Source of the DNA: the human T2T-CHM13v2.0 reference genome, Homo sapiens
Length of the DNA stretch: 64,000 nt
Reading direction: 5' to 3' (one strand)
NCBI RefSeq assembly: GCF_009914755.1
Contig: NC_060925.1
How positions within the stretch are numbered: the stretch's first letter is position 1; every line of letters begins with the position of its first letter. A program made the translations under genes and the position numbers. Below the pieces are notes generated by a model that saw only the letters and a list, made by a program, of their open reading frames with translations, did no database searches and was not told the origin of the DNA. Shown piece by piece: positions 25,357-39,520 of the stretch.

Positions 25357-28300
25357 GTTATAAAGTATGCAAAATTGACCTGGACTTTTTTTATAATTGA
25401 AAGACAGACATTGAAGCATTTGTTGTGTCTGTGTGTTGGGTTTGGTAGTATATTTAAGCATTGTGTTTATTTTATTTTGACAAATCCATATTTTGATCTA
25501 CTTCCTTATTATGTTTTTCTTATGACTAACAAAATATGTCCTGAATACCCCAAATATAGATAGTTGTACTTCCTTATATTCGAGCTGTTCTAGATAGTTT
25601 ACAGTTTATTTTGATCTATGATAACTTCATTTATACTATCCGATGAAGACAAATATTTATTAAATAAAGTCATACCTTTAGTATAAATTCCACCATTTTA
25701 AAAAATGAACAGGCAGTTTTGGAATGACATCCATTGACTTTTATAAAGAAATTCTTTTTAAAAAATGTAAATTGATCTCCCTTCTTAAACTCTAAAGAAC
25801 ATGGTATTTTCATACCTCATTGAGTGAGATATTGTTTTTTATGTTCTACTTCAAGAGAGGAAAATTTTTATTTAAAATTTTGTGGTTGAGCAGTGAATAT
25901 GTAAGCTGAGTGGAAATTTCTACCCAGCTTGGATGCTTTGCTGAAGGGTGCTGAGAATGAGATTAGAACTGAGTCCTGTATGCCTAATGAGTAACAGATT
26001 TTGATATAAAAACAGGATTCTGTATTTGGATATCTTTGATCTAAGACTACTAAAAAGAATAATAATTGTGGTTATGGGCAAGAGCCTGTTAAAGATGGGA
26101 AAATTAGAACTTAAAAAACAATCGTTGACTCTAAATATCCAAACTAATTTCTAAAAAGAAATACATTATTTAAGTGTGAAAATATTTGACTTTTTTTTTT
26201 TTTTCTCTTGCCGGTGTCTTTTCTCATATCTGTCAGCACTAAAAGCCCTGGCATGCTCTAAAAGTTTGTTTTGTCAGTCTTGGATCCCACAGAAAAGAAT
26301 GCAAGGGATCCTATGGGTACTAAATTTATAACCTTAGATATGTAGGGTTTGATAAGCATTCAAATATTTTGTTGACTAACCACATCAAATCAAAGCTGTG
26401 AACTTCACCAATCACTAATGATTCCAAGGAACTTGGATGAGATCATTGTATGCAAATCTCCAAGGGTTTAGGGCTTAACCCAGGACCCTTGAAGGTGAAA
26501 GGCAAACCCCCTCTTGGCTGGGTCTTCCTGCTAGTTTTGTGTAATTATCAAATGGGCCCTGGGAATTTGTCCAGCAGCCATCCAAAAACAGAAACATACA
26601 CATTTCGCTTACAGTTAGTACTGCGGCTACCTTGGAATAGAAGAAAGTCAGCAGGTTCATGTTTACGTAAAATGCTTTGAGACTTTAACTCTGAACCAGT
26701 CCAATGACCTTTAGCATTGGGAATGCTGAAACATCTAAGAGCACCCCACCTCCAATGCTGGTTCTGGAAATGGCAGAGCAAATTAGTTGATGAGGCTGTG
26801 AAACTCCCAGAAGCACTTCTTCTGGATACTTCATTTATGGGAGTGGGAACTAAGCATATCTGAGGGGTGGGAAATGTCACTTTACTGCTGGTAATGCTGT
26901 AACTCAGCTGTGAGCGATTAGGAGTCTTGCAAACTGAAGGCTCTCAGAATTCCACAATTCCAGGCAGCAGGGAGCTTGTAAATGTGTGCTTGTAATATGT
27001 GTCCCCAGTACACACATTTGTGACCAAATCATTAGAAATCTTTCTAGAAAAAATAATAGGTCATAAGTACAAAATTCTAATTTGTACTTTAAATGTTTCA
27101 TGGATAGAATATAAAGGTGGGTCCTCTTGATTTTTAATCCTATTATAAGCCTGTAAAGATTGGATGGCTACGAATGCAAAGTAATCTTGCCCTGCTCATG
27201 TGTAGTAATATCTGCGCACAGTAGGAAACAGGTCTCATGATCATTATTCTTGCTCTGTGTTTGAAACCAAGTGCTAATATTAGTCAAATATAACTTCTTA
27301 GAATGAACATTGGCATTTGCTTTGTTGATAAATTACTATATTAAATATATTTTTTAAATTTTCCTGCCACGAATTAAGGAAGAAATTGGTAATTAAGAAC
27401 AAAAGGTACATGATACCATGTACATACAATGTACCAGAGGTACGTTTCAATGACATGATATGTTAACTTGAAATATTTATGATTACTTCATAATGAATTA
27501 GAAATCAAGACTATGACTGAAGCATATCCATAACTTTATGACTTATTCTGCATTCAGAAGTAGCTAAAGAAAACAATGGCCTTGGTGTATTACAGATGTT
27601 CTTTAACCCACCCATTTTTAAAGTCCCCATTTGCTTTAAATAAAGCAGCTCCTACTGTAAATGCCTTTTATTTCTTGATTTTTAAAAGAAATTCCGTGAT
27701 TTTTCTACTAAAAAATCCCCAGTCCTGACTGTGCACTCTTTCTGCTAGGACATGAGATTGCCCCCAAAATATCTGAAAGACATCAATGTTTTGGAACTTT
27801 TTCAGCAGAAATAAATTTCTGTCATAAAAACATCATGAGCTCAGTCAAGCCAGGCTCAATAGCAGTTGCCTGGGGGCAAATAGATTAATCAAAACCAGGA
27901 ATTCTCTCTCCCACACCTCTAGGAGTGAGTCCCTAACATTTCTGTAGCATATAAACAATTTGCCTATAACATAAGGGCAGCTAAAGGGAATATTCTTAAT
28001 ATTTAAAATATAATCTACTTTGTTCCCTCCACAGAGATTTTTTTTTTGCCTGTGTGCTTAAATATTGTTTTCTTTTCCCTATAACTCTTCCTCTTCTATT
28101 CTTCAACTAAATTATTTAGTAAATGCATTAATCTCAGCCTTTATTTGTGCTCTAATGCTTTTCTGATGGGCTTCTCCTCCACAGCTGCCTTTTTTAAAAG
28201 CTGCATTTTGTGTACCTCTTTTAGACAGCTCCCAATATAACCAGATGCAAGTATAGCTGGGGGCAGCTGGAGATATTCACCATCTATGTGGAAAAGAACT

Positions 28301-28992
28301 TGCATTAGTATTAGCCTCATGCTTTGCCTGCCACTAACTTTAGTGACATGTGATGGTGACAGTGATGGTAAGTTGCTGCTGCTTCTTTCTTTCTTCATTC
28401 GTAGTTCCTTCTATTTGATTAACATGACACAAAGTTGCTCAGGGTGAGACAAATCCTGTGGAAGGCTAGAGAACATAAGAAACCATCTGTACGGTTCGTG
28501 GAGGCTCTCAGGCCTCGTCTGCTTAGGGCCATTATCTACTTGCAACTCCTGCTAGGGCTGTAAATGCCGACAATAATGTTTATAATATTAACAGACAGTT
28601 ATCAAACAGAATCGGCTATTAGGATAAAGTTCCTATTCCAAGGATTCGAGTAGGTGTATCCTTTTCTATCTTCACCCACCAGGCCAATCATGAAAATATT
28701 TTTTAAATTGCTTTTATTTGATATATTCTAAGAATATATCCTAGGGTCTTTTCTAATCAGAGATCCTACTGATTATATCACCAACTGAAACCCATAAACT
28801 TCATATTTGTCCTGGAATGCACACACCTAACATTTTCCTCTCATCTACATGAAGCTGAATACATGTTTTCTATTTATCTCAACCTTCTATTGTTCTTTCT
28901 TTCTGATTATTCTCTTTATTTTTTCCTGGGGTCAGATCTAAAACTCATTCTACCTACACTTTCCTTGATTTCTGATAGTTCTGCTATTTTAA

Positions 28993-29346
<354 letters not shown>

Positions 29347-30694
29347 TGAAATCTTGTTTTTCAGGTTTACTTTAATATGGATTGTTTCCCCCCATCAATC
29401 TGTCCAATAACTTTAGTACAATAACTTGCTTGCTCACATGCCTGCTATCAGTGTCATCTGGAGACTCACAGTTTTAAGTCTCTGGCTACCCAGGTTTGGT
29501 ACCTCAGTAGACACAGATTTTTTTGTAGACACGTACTGATGACACCACTTGGAGGTTCCTCTCTAGGAAATCCAAGAAACCCCTTATACTACTGGACATC
29601 TGCGAGTGGATGTACTATTGCCACTAGAACTATCCAAGCCTATTTGGACATATGCAGTACATATGTCCTTAGTATATATTTTACAGAGAGGTTATGTAAA
29701 GTTATCAAGGGCATAGAAAGTCTTTTTTCCTCTATGAAAATGATGGTGTTTTGTTTTTCTGGGGACAGAGTTATAACTCTTGTAGTTGTGACCTTTTGCT
29801 TGCAGGTTGTTTTGACCTCCCACAGAAAATCTCCCATATCTCTGTTTCACAAACATCTCTCTGCTTGGACTATAATTACTGCTTCCTAGCTATTTAAAAT
29901 AATGCCGCTCAAAAGTCTTTGGTGTCTTTCCAGACTTAATTTGGTCTTTGTTTTTCCCAGTTGAAGGCACACCTGTTTGCTTTTTAGGCCCTATTTACAT
30001 GTGCACTGCAGCAGAATTGAACGGTTGAAAGTATTATTGCAAGGTTGGTGAATTGGCTGCATTCCAGAGCTTTGTTGTGGGTGGTCCTGTCTTGTCATTG
30101 GCGGTTGAACATGACATTAAGATTATATTTGGAAAACTGCTCAAGGAGCAGTGAGTGTTATCCATAACAGATCCAAGTCTCCAGCACTAATTTATAGGGC
30201 ATGAGTTAGATGGCCAATCAATACTCATTATGATCTAGTCTCTGGCATGCTAGCCTTTATGCTATAATTTTCAAATTTGTGCTTATTTAATTAGTGTTCT
30301 TCTAAAACTGTGAAATCTGTTCTTTTTATAATCTTCTGTGTGATTATAGCTATTGGTATGAGATGCTTGTCATAAACTGTGCTGCCTTTAAAGTAACACT
30401 AGTACACAGTGTTTTGACCATAAAGAAAAGAAAGAAAAGAGAAGATAGAAAGTCTAAAATCTGTTGCATATGATTTACTTTTTTCCTAATGGCATAGGAA
30501 TTGGCATTTAAAGGTTTTCTGATATTGAGACCTTTATGTAACACTTTATTCATGCCTTACAGAGATGAAAGTGTCAAAGAGAGCCTGAAGTTCATGGCAG
30601 GTACATACTTCCAGGTGTGCTGTGTTGGCTTAATCAGGATTCTATAAAGTAACTGAAAACTAGTTAATAGTTCTGAGTCTCAGACTCCATTTCT

Positions 30695-30960
30695 GTTATT
30701 TATATGACATATTGAATGAGACTTATCTACAAGCCAAGTATGTGCCAGGCGCTGGGGAAACAGAGGAGCTGGGTTGGGAAGGGACAGACACACTTTGCTG
30801 GATGTGGGAAAGTTTCATGGAGAAGAAAACAAATGAGTGGAGTCTAGAAAAATGGAAGGTTTGAGGGGAAGGAAGGTGAGGAGAGCGGAGGGAAATCCAG
30901 GACAGGAACAAACGTTAAAGCTCAGAGATCCTACTCAGCATAACATGTTTGAGGAAATAC
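30695..30960 (-). mobile_element. L2 remnant
   Basis: 'tatgtgccaggcgctggggaaacagag', 'gagggaaatccaggacaggaac'. Confidence 0.55.
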
Positions 30961-30964
30961 AAAC

Positions 30965-31280
30965 AATAGTGATTCTATTTATCAATTGCTTATTGTGTGC
31001 TAGGCTCTGCTATAATTATATTATCAATATTATTCAGACATTTAAAACTCTTTGTGGGATAAGATGGAATATTGATTCGTAGATAGACTCATGCATACAT
31101 AGATAATTGATAGATTATGCATGTATATTTAATTCTTAGAACATCCTTACAATCTGAATAAAATTATCCTAGTGTAGATAAAAACACTAAGAATCAGAGA
31201 TACTGAGAAACATATCTAGTACTACATGCTAAAACTGTCTCCAAAGTCCATGTTCCCTTTTCTATCCCACACTATGCTTC
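30965..31280 (-). mobile_element. MIR remnant
   Basis: 'atttatcaattgcttattgtgtgctaggctctgcta', 'tagataaaaacactaagaatcagaga', 'ctccaaagtccatgttc'. Confidence 0.55.
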
Positions 31281-32357
31281 TGTCAAATTATATTCACGTC
31301 AAGTCATATTCATAACTCATCTAAAGATAAAGCGAATTGTAGTTTCTTCCAAGGCAGTTACTGTGTCTTATAATTCCTTTCAATAGTCAGAATCACTAAG
31401 ATATGGCACATTTAATGATGATAACGCCCTTTTAAAAACTGCTTTTCAGCTCTGGGTCAAATACAATGACTTAGAAGTTCTAAGTAAACATTGCAATTAG
31501 AATCCAATGATCCCTTTACCCCCTACACACATATATACACATCAAGGTTCACAGCTTTCTACCATTCCAGGTAATATCTGGAAAACAAGGTAAAAAAAAT
31601 CATAATGATTAAAAAAAAATACTATAAACATGTAATAAGTAAATTCCTTGCGCTAGAATTTTTAAAAACAAACTAATTGGAATAATATATTGGTAATAAA
31701 TCTAAATACTTCTTGATATAAAATATCAAAATTTCATAGGGACCAATTACTTCCTTTCTTGGGACTTCATTCTTAGGAACCCCTCACTGCCCCCGCCTCC
31801 CCAACCACAAGGTAACAAACAAAAGGTAACAAACCCTATTATTTATAATATTAATTATTAAAATGTTATACATCAAATATTTAACAATGGGTGAACAACA
31901 AAATGATGGCTGACCCTCTGCTACAATTTCCCCCTCTTCTAGAGTTTACATCTCAGTTTTTACAAAAACAAAATACCTAAAACTTGATAATAAAATAAAA
32001 AAGAACACCTTGTCTTTTCAATGCAATGTTGCAGTATTATTGAATGAGCTCACTCAAGGAGATGCCTTTATGTGACTCACATATGTTACATACTAAAGGT
32101 TCCCATTCTGTCAAAGTACATGTAAACTTGAAAATGTTTGTGTTATCAAGGAAGCAATTATGGTTTTATTAAACTACACCATATTAACTACTTTGGTATC
32201 TAACCTAGTGATGCTATTCCAGCACTCCTACTTCAAGCCTACATAAATCCTCTCCCTTTAATTCTCCTTTGAGCCAGCTCTATCTTTCTGTTGATTTTCT
32301 CATTCATAATATTTGTATGAATCATATTTTAAATTTTTTGAAAAAATATTTATTGAC

Positions 32358-33095
32358 TTAGTAAATGGCACCAATTGTTTAAGCCAAAAATACTGAGGTC
32401 AGCCTTAATTTTTTCTCTTTCTCTTACATCTTATAATTAACCCATTAATAAATCATGTTGCCTCTACATTCACATCTCACTACTTGTTTCAATCTAGCCT
32501 AAATTACTACAATAGCTGTCTAATAGCTCTTCAACAACCCCTCTTGTCTCTGTCTACGACCAACCCTCTACAAAGTACTCAGCAGGTAGGTATTTTCAAA
32601 CTTTCAAAGACTCTGACATATGAACAAGTACAAAGTTTTATTATGTGTCCCCAGTCCTACTCCTATACATTTTCACCTCTCAATGATGCCAACCTCATTT
32701 CGCACCCTTCTGTCACTGGATGAAAACATTCCACATGGACTGGCTTGCTTTTTTTCTCCAAACTTGAGGCGTGATTATACCTCAAGGCTTTTGAACTTTA
32801 TCTTTTCTTCCCTCTGCCCATGTTTTCCCAAAGATATTTTCATGACTCACTTCTGCCCTTTTTCACATGTCTTTAAATGTCTTGACCTCAGAGAGATTTT
32901 CCTGACCATCTTATCTAAAACAGCCTCTCACTCACTGGCTTTCTATCTCCTTTTCTCCGTTTCCTGAATTTATTTATTTATTTATGTATGTATTTATTTA
33001 TTTTGCTTTAAAACACTCACTACTCACCATCTTATTATATATTTTTTAATAAGTCTCTGCCTCCCTGACTAGAATGTAAGCTTCATGAGAACAGT
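32358..33095 (+). mobile_element. L2a fragment
   Basis: 'agtaaatggcacca', 'cctaaattactacaatagc', 'cctcaaggcttttgaact', 'ctagaatgtaagcttcatgagaacag'. Confidence 0.8.
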
Positions 33096-35390
33096 TTTAA
33101 TGCCTTCAGAAAATCATTACATAATACCTTAAAAAGAAAAAAATATCCATATTGTGGTTTCATATTCTTAAGTTTTTCTGCCTACTCCTTTCCCTATGTT
33201 TCTTTGGTGTTGAATGCCTTAGACTACCTGTGCCTAATATCTAGGACTGTCCTTGGTGAAATGCTACAGCAGGGAGTTTCCTTACCCACTTTTTGTCTGT
33301 TTTCCATTCTTAAATCCCATTTCTTTGGTCCTTCCCAGAAGATGTTTATTCCTGCTCTTACTAAGAACTGAATTCTGATAATACTAAAATCTTAATTTGA
33401 CATTTTTCCTAGTGGTATTTTTACTTAAAGGGAACACTCAAATCTTAAATGACTGACTTTTTAAAGGTGAAATTTGAGACTTTTGACTTGATCTTCAGGT
33501 TATACTTCAAAGACGCTGCCCTGGTACCTGCACCCAGGTCATTTTCTCTGTAGCTGTTAATCACTCATAGTGGCTGTGTTTGGGATATAAGCATGTAACC
33601 TAAAATTGCCACTTTAGTCTCCAGTTCAGTGGAGAAGGGAGCTAGCTGAGCATTTTTAGTAGCCATGGCTAGTCTCCCAATTCGTGATCCACATGGAACT
33701 TATACTCCAGGCACGCAAGTATGTCAAAATACTTTATCTTTGACAAGCAATGCTTTCCAGAGAGATGACTAGTTCTAGCCAGTCAGTGTGGTCTTGAACT
33801 GTAGTGTCATTTCTGGCAAGAACTTTCAAGCCTGCTTAATGTTAACATCAATTGCCATAATGCACTTTGACACTATTTGGGATTTTACACTAGGTAATCT
33901 AACCTCTCTCAAGTCAAAATCGATGCATCCAAGAATACCTCAGAAATTGAAAAGTTCAAGTATAATCTTGAGTCTACTTTACCCCTACTGTGGTCCTATA
34001 TAGATAACAATGGATGTTGTGCAAAAATCTGTGCCTCGAGTATTTTCAGACACATAATGTGTAAAACTGATTTAGAAAAAATAAGATTTGGGATAGTGCA
34101 TCACTTTGAATTGCACTTTATAAGTTATTTTACATCCTTTTTTGGAGTGAAGTGTTCTTATTCAAAAGTTATATATAGATAGTCTCTATAATTATATATG
34201 TCTCTCAGTGAAGCAGTTACTGGTTCTAAGTACACCTCTTATACCTTGACAAGACACTTACATAAGTAGACGAGATCATTGAAAAATAAACATCACATGA
34301 CAGTTTCTCTTTCCAATGAGACAATTTTGAGTGCAGGTGGGGTGTGAGTAAAATCAATCAGACCTCTTATTTGACTGATTTATACACCTTCATTTTATCA
34401 AAAGTGTCCCATTTGACTCTCTGGATAGACATACCCCAAAAACAGTCTAAACAACTCAAGTGTTCATTGTGCTGGAGTCCAACTCCACTAGAAGGCAGGA
34501 AGACAAATTTTATGTTCTAAAGTCCTTTCTAGCTCTATGAATAACTAATTATAAGATACATGAATATTTCTTAGTTTCATTAAACGCAATAAGATGAAAC
34601 TGGACTCCATTTTTTGAGGCCCACTTCTAATGTCCATATTCAACATTGGTGTGAATAATAACTACCTCTACACAACAAACTTGTTTTCTAACTACTGTGT
34701 CTCTGGTACATCAGTCATATTCATTTGCCTTTCCACTCCTCTCAATCTATGATGGTTAGTTTCTAAGCCGGTGTGTGTTGGCAGAATGAAGGAGAAAAGA
34801 ATGGTGAGAAACTAGAGAAAAACTATTTCAGTGCCTACCTATGTCCTCATTGGTATTCTACATTATTTTTCTGAAACATTTGGAATTATATGTTGAGATT
34901 TAGGGGCTAGTTTTATAGCCCCATCTGGCCTTAATTCTGTACATACAATTGGACAACATGAATTGGTCCACAATTTTGGTTTATGTCTCTCTGTTCCGGC
35001 TTGATCTGAAAATGAAATTTTACTCTGCACTAAATGAAGAACTTGGCTATGAATTGTGCTTATAAAATAAAACAGGTAATATTTTAAATCTTTAAGATTA
35101 CATTTGAAATTTTTTTAAAAAAAGGTTTCCTTTGGAAACAATAAATCATATCTTCCAATGTGTACCCACCGCAAAGTTTTCTCAAGATCAGTTTTTCCTT
35201 TACATTGATAATTAAACTTAGCAGTATTAATATTTATTAAACACCTATGAGGTGCCAGTAACAATTCAGAGCAATAAAAGAGGTGGTCTCTATTGTCAAA
35301 AGTGTTAAAAGTTGTTTTATGCCCTTGTGCCTAATCACATGCTGGCCAGAGAGAAAACATTTTTATCAGTGCCCATCAGAGCTGTTGCTT

Positions 35391-35424
35391 TGTGTGTGTG
35401 TGTGTGTGTGTGTCTGTGTGTGTG
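35391..35424. repeat. (TG)n microsatellite, one interruption
   Basis: Directly visible. Confidence 0.95.
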
Positions 35425-36407
35425 TTGCCAGGATGTATCCATCCTACTAGTATAATTCTAGTTAAATGCCACAAAATCTGTAGTAAATGCTTTAGAAGGT
35501 GCATATCTCCATTCCAACGTTCTTTTCAAAATCAAATCAAATTTGAAAAAAAGAAAAGAAGATAGGTAACTAGATAACAATAGCTGGAAAGGAATGAATC
35601 ACAAAGATTGGTAGGACAGATGGTCCCTGCTATGGAAATGATACATACAATCAAATTAAAGGAATCAAAAGATAGATAATGTAGGTTACGTTTTTCATTC
35701 AGCTTATATAGCACAAAGACACTTTAATGAGAGTTAAAAGAAAATAAAGTCAGTTCACATATAAGGAAGTAATTTTCATTCTGTAAGTAATGAACGTTTG
35801 GGACGGCCTTCCAAGCAGGATTTTTGAGGTGAAGGACATGGGGGTTATTCAACAATTGGATGTCTTACTGTAGTACATTCTAATCTGCTAAATAGTATTT
35901 TTTTCTTATTTCTTATGTTGTTATAACTGTACAGTCAAACAATGATTTTCAGACCCTAATTAGAACCAAATCTACATAAATGATGCTCATAATAAATCAT
36001 ACAGGGCAAATGGCAAGAAATAAAAGGGAGCTATAAATGCATGCCTGAAGTCAAATCTGTGCTCTTCAAATCTCAGTTATAAGAAAGAAAATATACTAAT
36101 TAATTAATTTTAAGTACCATTAGAGGAATTTTAATTGTATTGACTTTTCATCCCTCAATCTATGGCTTTAATACACTTTTTAGATCTTGGTAATTTAGGA
36201 ATTGTATTGATGCTAAGAAGATAGATAGTCTTATTTGTTGAAATATATATTTAAAATGTATTAAATATATATTCATATATAATCCAAATTAAAAACAACA
36301 ACAAACAATTTAAATGCCTTGGGAAAAGGAGCTAATGAAACAACAGAATTGGAACAGGCCTCCAGAGGTCATATGTCATATTTGCTATGCAATTCCCCTC
36401 TCCCAGA

Positions 36408-36427
36408 ACACACACACACACACACAC
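36408..36427. repeat. (AC)n microsatellite
   Basis: Directly visible. Confidence 0.95.
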
Positions 36428-36625
36428 CAGGATTGTGTTACACAACCTAAGTAGTGCTTACTTTCTGGTTAAAAATCAAACAGAAAAGTTGTCAGTCCCC
36501 ATATCTCTGCATTTCTAAGTTCTCACTATATGTGATAGCATTTAATGTACACACACAGTACCTGATGATGCATCCTTGCTTCAGTGGGTTCTGGAAAGTT
36601 CTTCTAGGTCTAGGTAGCAAAGCTT

Positions 36626-37625
36626 TCACTTATTCATTCTTCCTTCTGTCCATGGATGCTTAATGAACACTACCAGGTTAGACAGATGAGACATAAATAT
36701 GATCAAAACATCATCATTGACCTTTAGGAGTTTAGGTGGCAAGATACACAAATAAGCCAGTATATAGAGTGTAGTAATAAGAATGACAATACAGCATGAT
36801 AAATCTTAAAAGAGATCTATACATGTTGTCATGAGAGCAATAAAGAGGGGCACATAAATCACACTGGGAATTCAGAAAAATATTCCTAGGAGAAAAAAAA
36901 TGCTTATGTGGAAAGTAACTGAACAGAGACAACAGCCAAGGACATTTGAAGTAGAGGGAACAACATGGGAAAGAAACACCATGGTGTATTCGGCAAACCA
37001 GTAGTAATTCAGAACAGCAAATGCAAAGAATTTGCATGGAACACTGGCAAGAGACTGATCTAAAGGGATGCATAGAGCCTAACAATGAAGGGCATAACAT
37101 GGTAACCTTTAGTCAACCTCTATCCTGGAGATTCAGGGAATTGTAGGAGCACATGGAACATGCCTGAATCTGAATATGTCTGGAATACAGGGGACAGTTT
37201 GGAGGAATGTTAGCGCAAGTCAGGGGGCTTACATCTATAAGTGATAGAATCATAGTGATAGTTCTGAAAAATAGAAGTCTTGCTGGGAATGTAGAAGAGC
37301 AGACTGATTTGAGAGTTATTAGGGAGCAATAATCTATAAAACTTGGTGACTAATTGATTTTGTAGATTACATGAGAAAGGGAGATCTGGTATCCCTCCTA
37401 GGTCTCTTAAATAAGAAATATATTTTTAAAAAGTCTGGGGGAAAGAATTACACATTTCCTGTTCCATTTGACATTTCTGTGGCATATCCAGATAGAGATG
37501 ACTAATGAGCTAGATAAATGTGAAGCTTGCCAAAGGCATAGGAGTCAGTAATAGTTAATACCATGGCTTTGGGGAGGAGCATATATAATATGAGATGAAC
37601 TAAGGGCTGAGGATGAATAGCTGCA
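36626..37625 (-). mobile_element. L2 (L2b/c) fragment
   Basis: 'tcacttattcattc...cttaatgaacactac', 'gacctttaggagtttag', 'aacttggtgactaattgat', 'ggcatatccagatagagatg'. Confidence 0.7.
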
Positions 37626-37764
37626 GGTAAAGTTATGATGTATCAATATGGTGAACTATTTCACAATAGGAAAATAAATATTTCTATACAAGTATGTCTC
37701 TCAACTGAAGATCATAGGCAAAGGAGAGTGTATAGCTTTTCTTGTTAACACATGCTAATATATT

Positions 37765-38067
37765 TATATTTTATGTATATATGTTTTTTATATATACACA
37801 CACACACACACACATATATCTCCATATATATATATATGGAGAGAGAGTGAGTCGAAGATCTCACTGCCACACAGGCTGGAGTGCAGTGGCACAATTATGG
37901 CTCAATGTAGCCTCAACCTCCTGGGCTTAAGAGATTCTCTGGCTTCAGCCTCCTGAGTAATCTCTCTATGTTGCCCAGGCTGGTCTCCAATGCCTGGCCT
38001 CAAGCAATCCTCCTGACTCAGCCTCCCAAAGTGCTGGGACCACAAGTGTGAGCCACTGTGCCTGGCC
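37765..38067 (-). mobile_element. AluJ with internal deletion; tail converted to (TA)/(CA) microsatellite
   Basis: 'gtagcctcaacctcctgggcttaag...cctcctgagta' joins directly to 'tctctctatgttgcccaggctgg'; degenerate TSD atgctaatatattt/acgctgatacattt. Confidence 0.9.
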
Positions 38068-38429
38068 ACGCTGATACATTTTATAATTATACAATTTACA
38101 AATGGGTTTCTTTCTAATCTACTCAGAATGACTGTACTGGAGAAAGTTTTTTAAATGTCTAAGATGAAAAAACAAAATACCTGAGTGAAGTAAGGCACAC
38201 TGAGTCTATGTTTCTCACTAGATGGAAATCACCCACGGGGCCCTCAGAAGGGGCAGATTTTAAGAGGTTTATACTTCTTAAGGATGGAGGATGTTCACCA
38301 AGTACAACTGTTTTCTCTTTTTCATATTTCTATGGAACAATCCCCTTCTCTAGGTGAACCGCAAGACTTCAACATGCCATATTTGGAACATCATTAAAAA
38401 ATATCCATGCTTTCTCTGTAGCAGTGATC

Positions 38430-39175
38430 TATTTATGTATGCATTTATTCTACAAATATTTATTGAGCCTCTCTACTGCAGCACTGTTGTTGGTGCTAGC
38501 AATACAGCAATGACAAAGCCAGTACTGCCCTGATCTTATGTAGTTTACATTCTAGATAAGGGTATAAAGGGAAATTGCAGGTTTTAGGGGAGAATAGACA
38601 GCTTTTATAGAGAAGGTTGTCAAGGATGGTCTCTCTAATGAGATTACTTGCAAATGAAAGACCATTCAAATGGAAACTAAACAAAGTGAGAATGAAATGT
38701 GAATACCTGGAGCAAGAGCATTTCAGGCTGAGTGAACAGCAGGTGCAATGGCTCTGAGTGGATTACACTCAGTGTATTTGAGAAAAATCAAGGAAGCCAG
38801 TGAGATAGAAATTCAGTGATCAGTGGGGAAGGTGGAATGACATGGTGGCCAGAATCCACATCATGAAGGTCTTCAGGAGATGTGAGGAAGATCTTGGATT
38901 TACCAAGCAGTTTAGAAGTCCTTGGAGAGCAGAGTTCGGGAGAACTATGTCATTTATGTCACTCTGGCTGCTGTGTGCAGGACAGATTGCAAATACTCAG
39001 AGTAGAAGCAAAATAAATAGGAATCTATCATAGCAATCCAAACAAGGGATAAAATACCCTGAACTTAGGTAGGAGCAATTAGCAGGAAGCAGTTGGTTTC
39101 AGGATATATTTTGAAAATAGAGTGATTGGCTAGCTGATGGGTTGTCTATGAAGTGTATGAGAGTCAAAAAAGACA
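38430..39175 (-). mobile_element. L2a fragment
   Basis: 'tttattctacaaatatttattgagc', 'tagtttacattctaga', 'aagagcatttcaggctgagtgaacagcaggtgcaa', 'cactctggctgctgtgtg'. Confidence 0.85.
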
Positions 39176-39299
39176 TGAATGCAGTTTATTGATTTAAAAT
39201 TTAAAAATTATATAACTATATTGGAGCTTAGGGGAGAGGAAGTGGGCCATAGTGTAAACTAAGTCATTCTTTATTATAGCAAATATAAATAATGACTGA

Positions 39300-39520
39300 T
39301 AGTGATTTTAAAAAGGCCAGGGAAAGCATACAATAGTCATATGAAAATAATTTCCAGAGGAAACAACTAGAAAAATTAAAAATATTTGGTTCTAGCAAGT
39401 GGGAGTAGGCAGTGTGAAGATAGAAGAGGGAATAGAGGCTATAAAATTTTTCTTTATAAATCTGCTAATACTAGCAGATTCTAAAAATTTATGTGTATGT
39501 ATTCATTTAATAAAATAAGT
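39300..39520 (+). mobile_element. Possible ancient L1M(C/E) 3' end
   Basis: 'ttttctttataaatc...tactagcagatt...tatgtgtatgtattcatttaataaaa' pattern. Confidence 0.35.

Noticed and set aside
27407-27424. gtacatg/catgtac hairpin
   Set aside because: 7-bp arms are expected by chance in 64 kb.
28244-28306. Possible pre-miRNA (atgcaagt...acttgcat)
   Set aside because: Only the outer 8 bp pair; the interior lacks an extended stem.
36732-37100. 122-aa ORF
   Set aside because: Lies in a decayed L2 with no RT motifs; chance frame.
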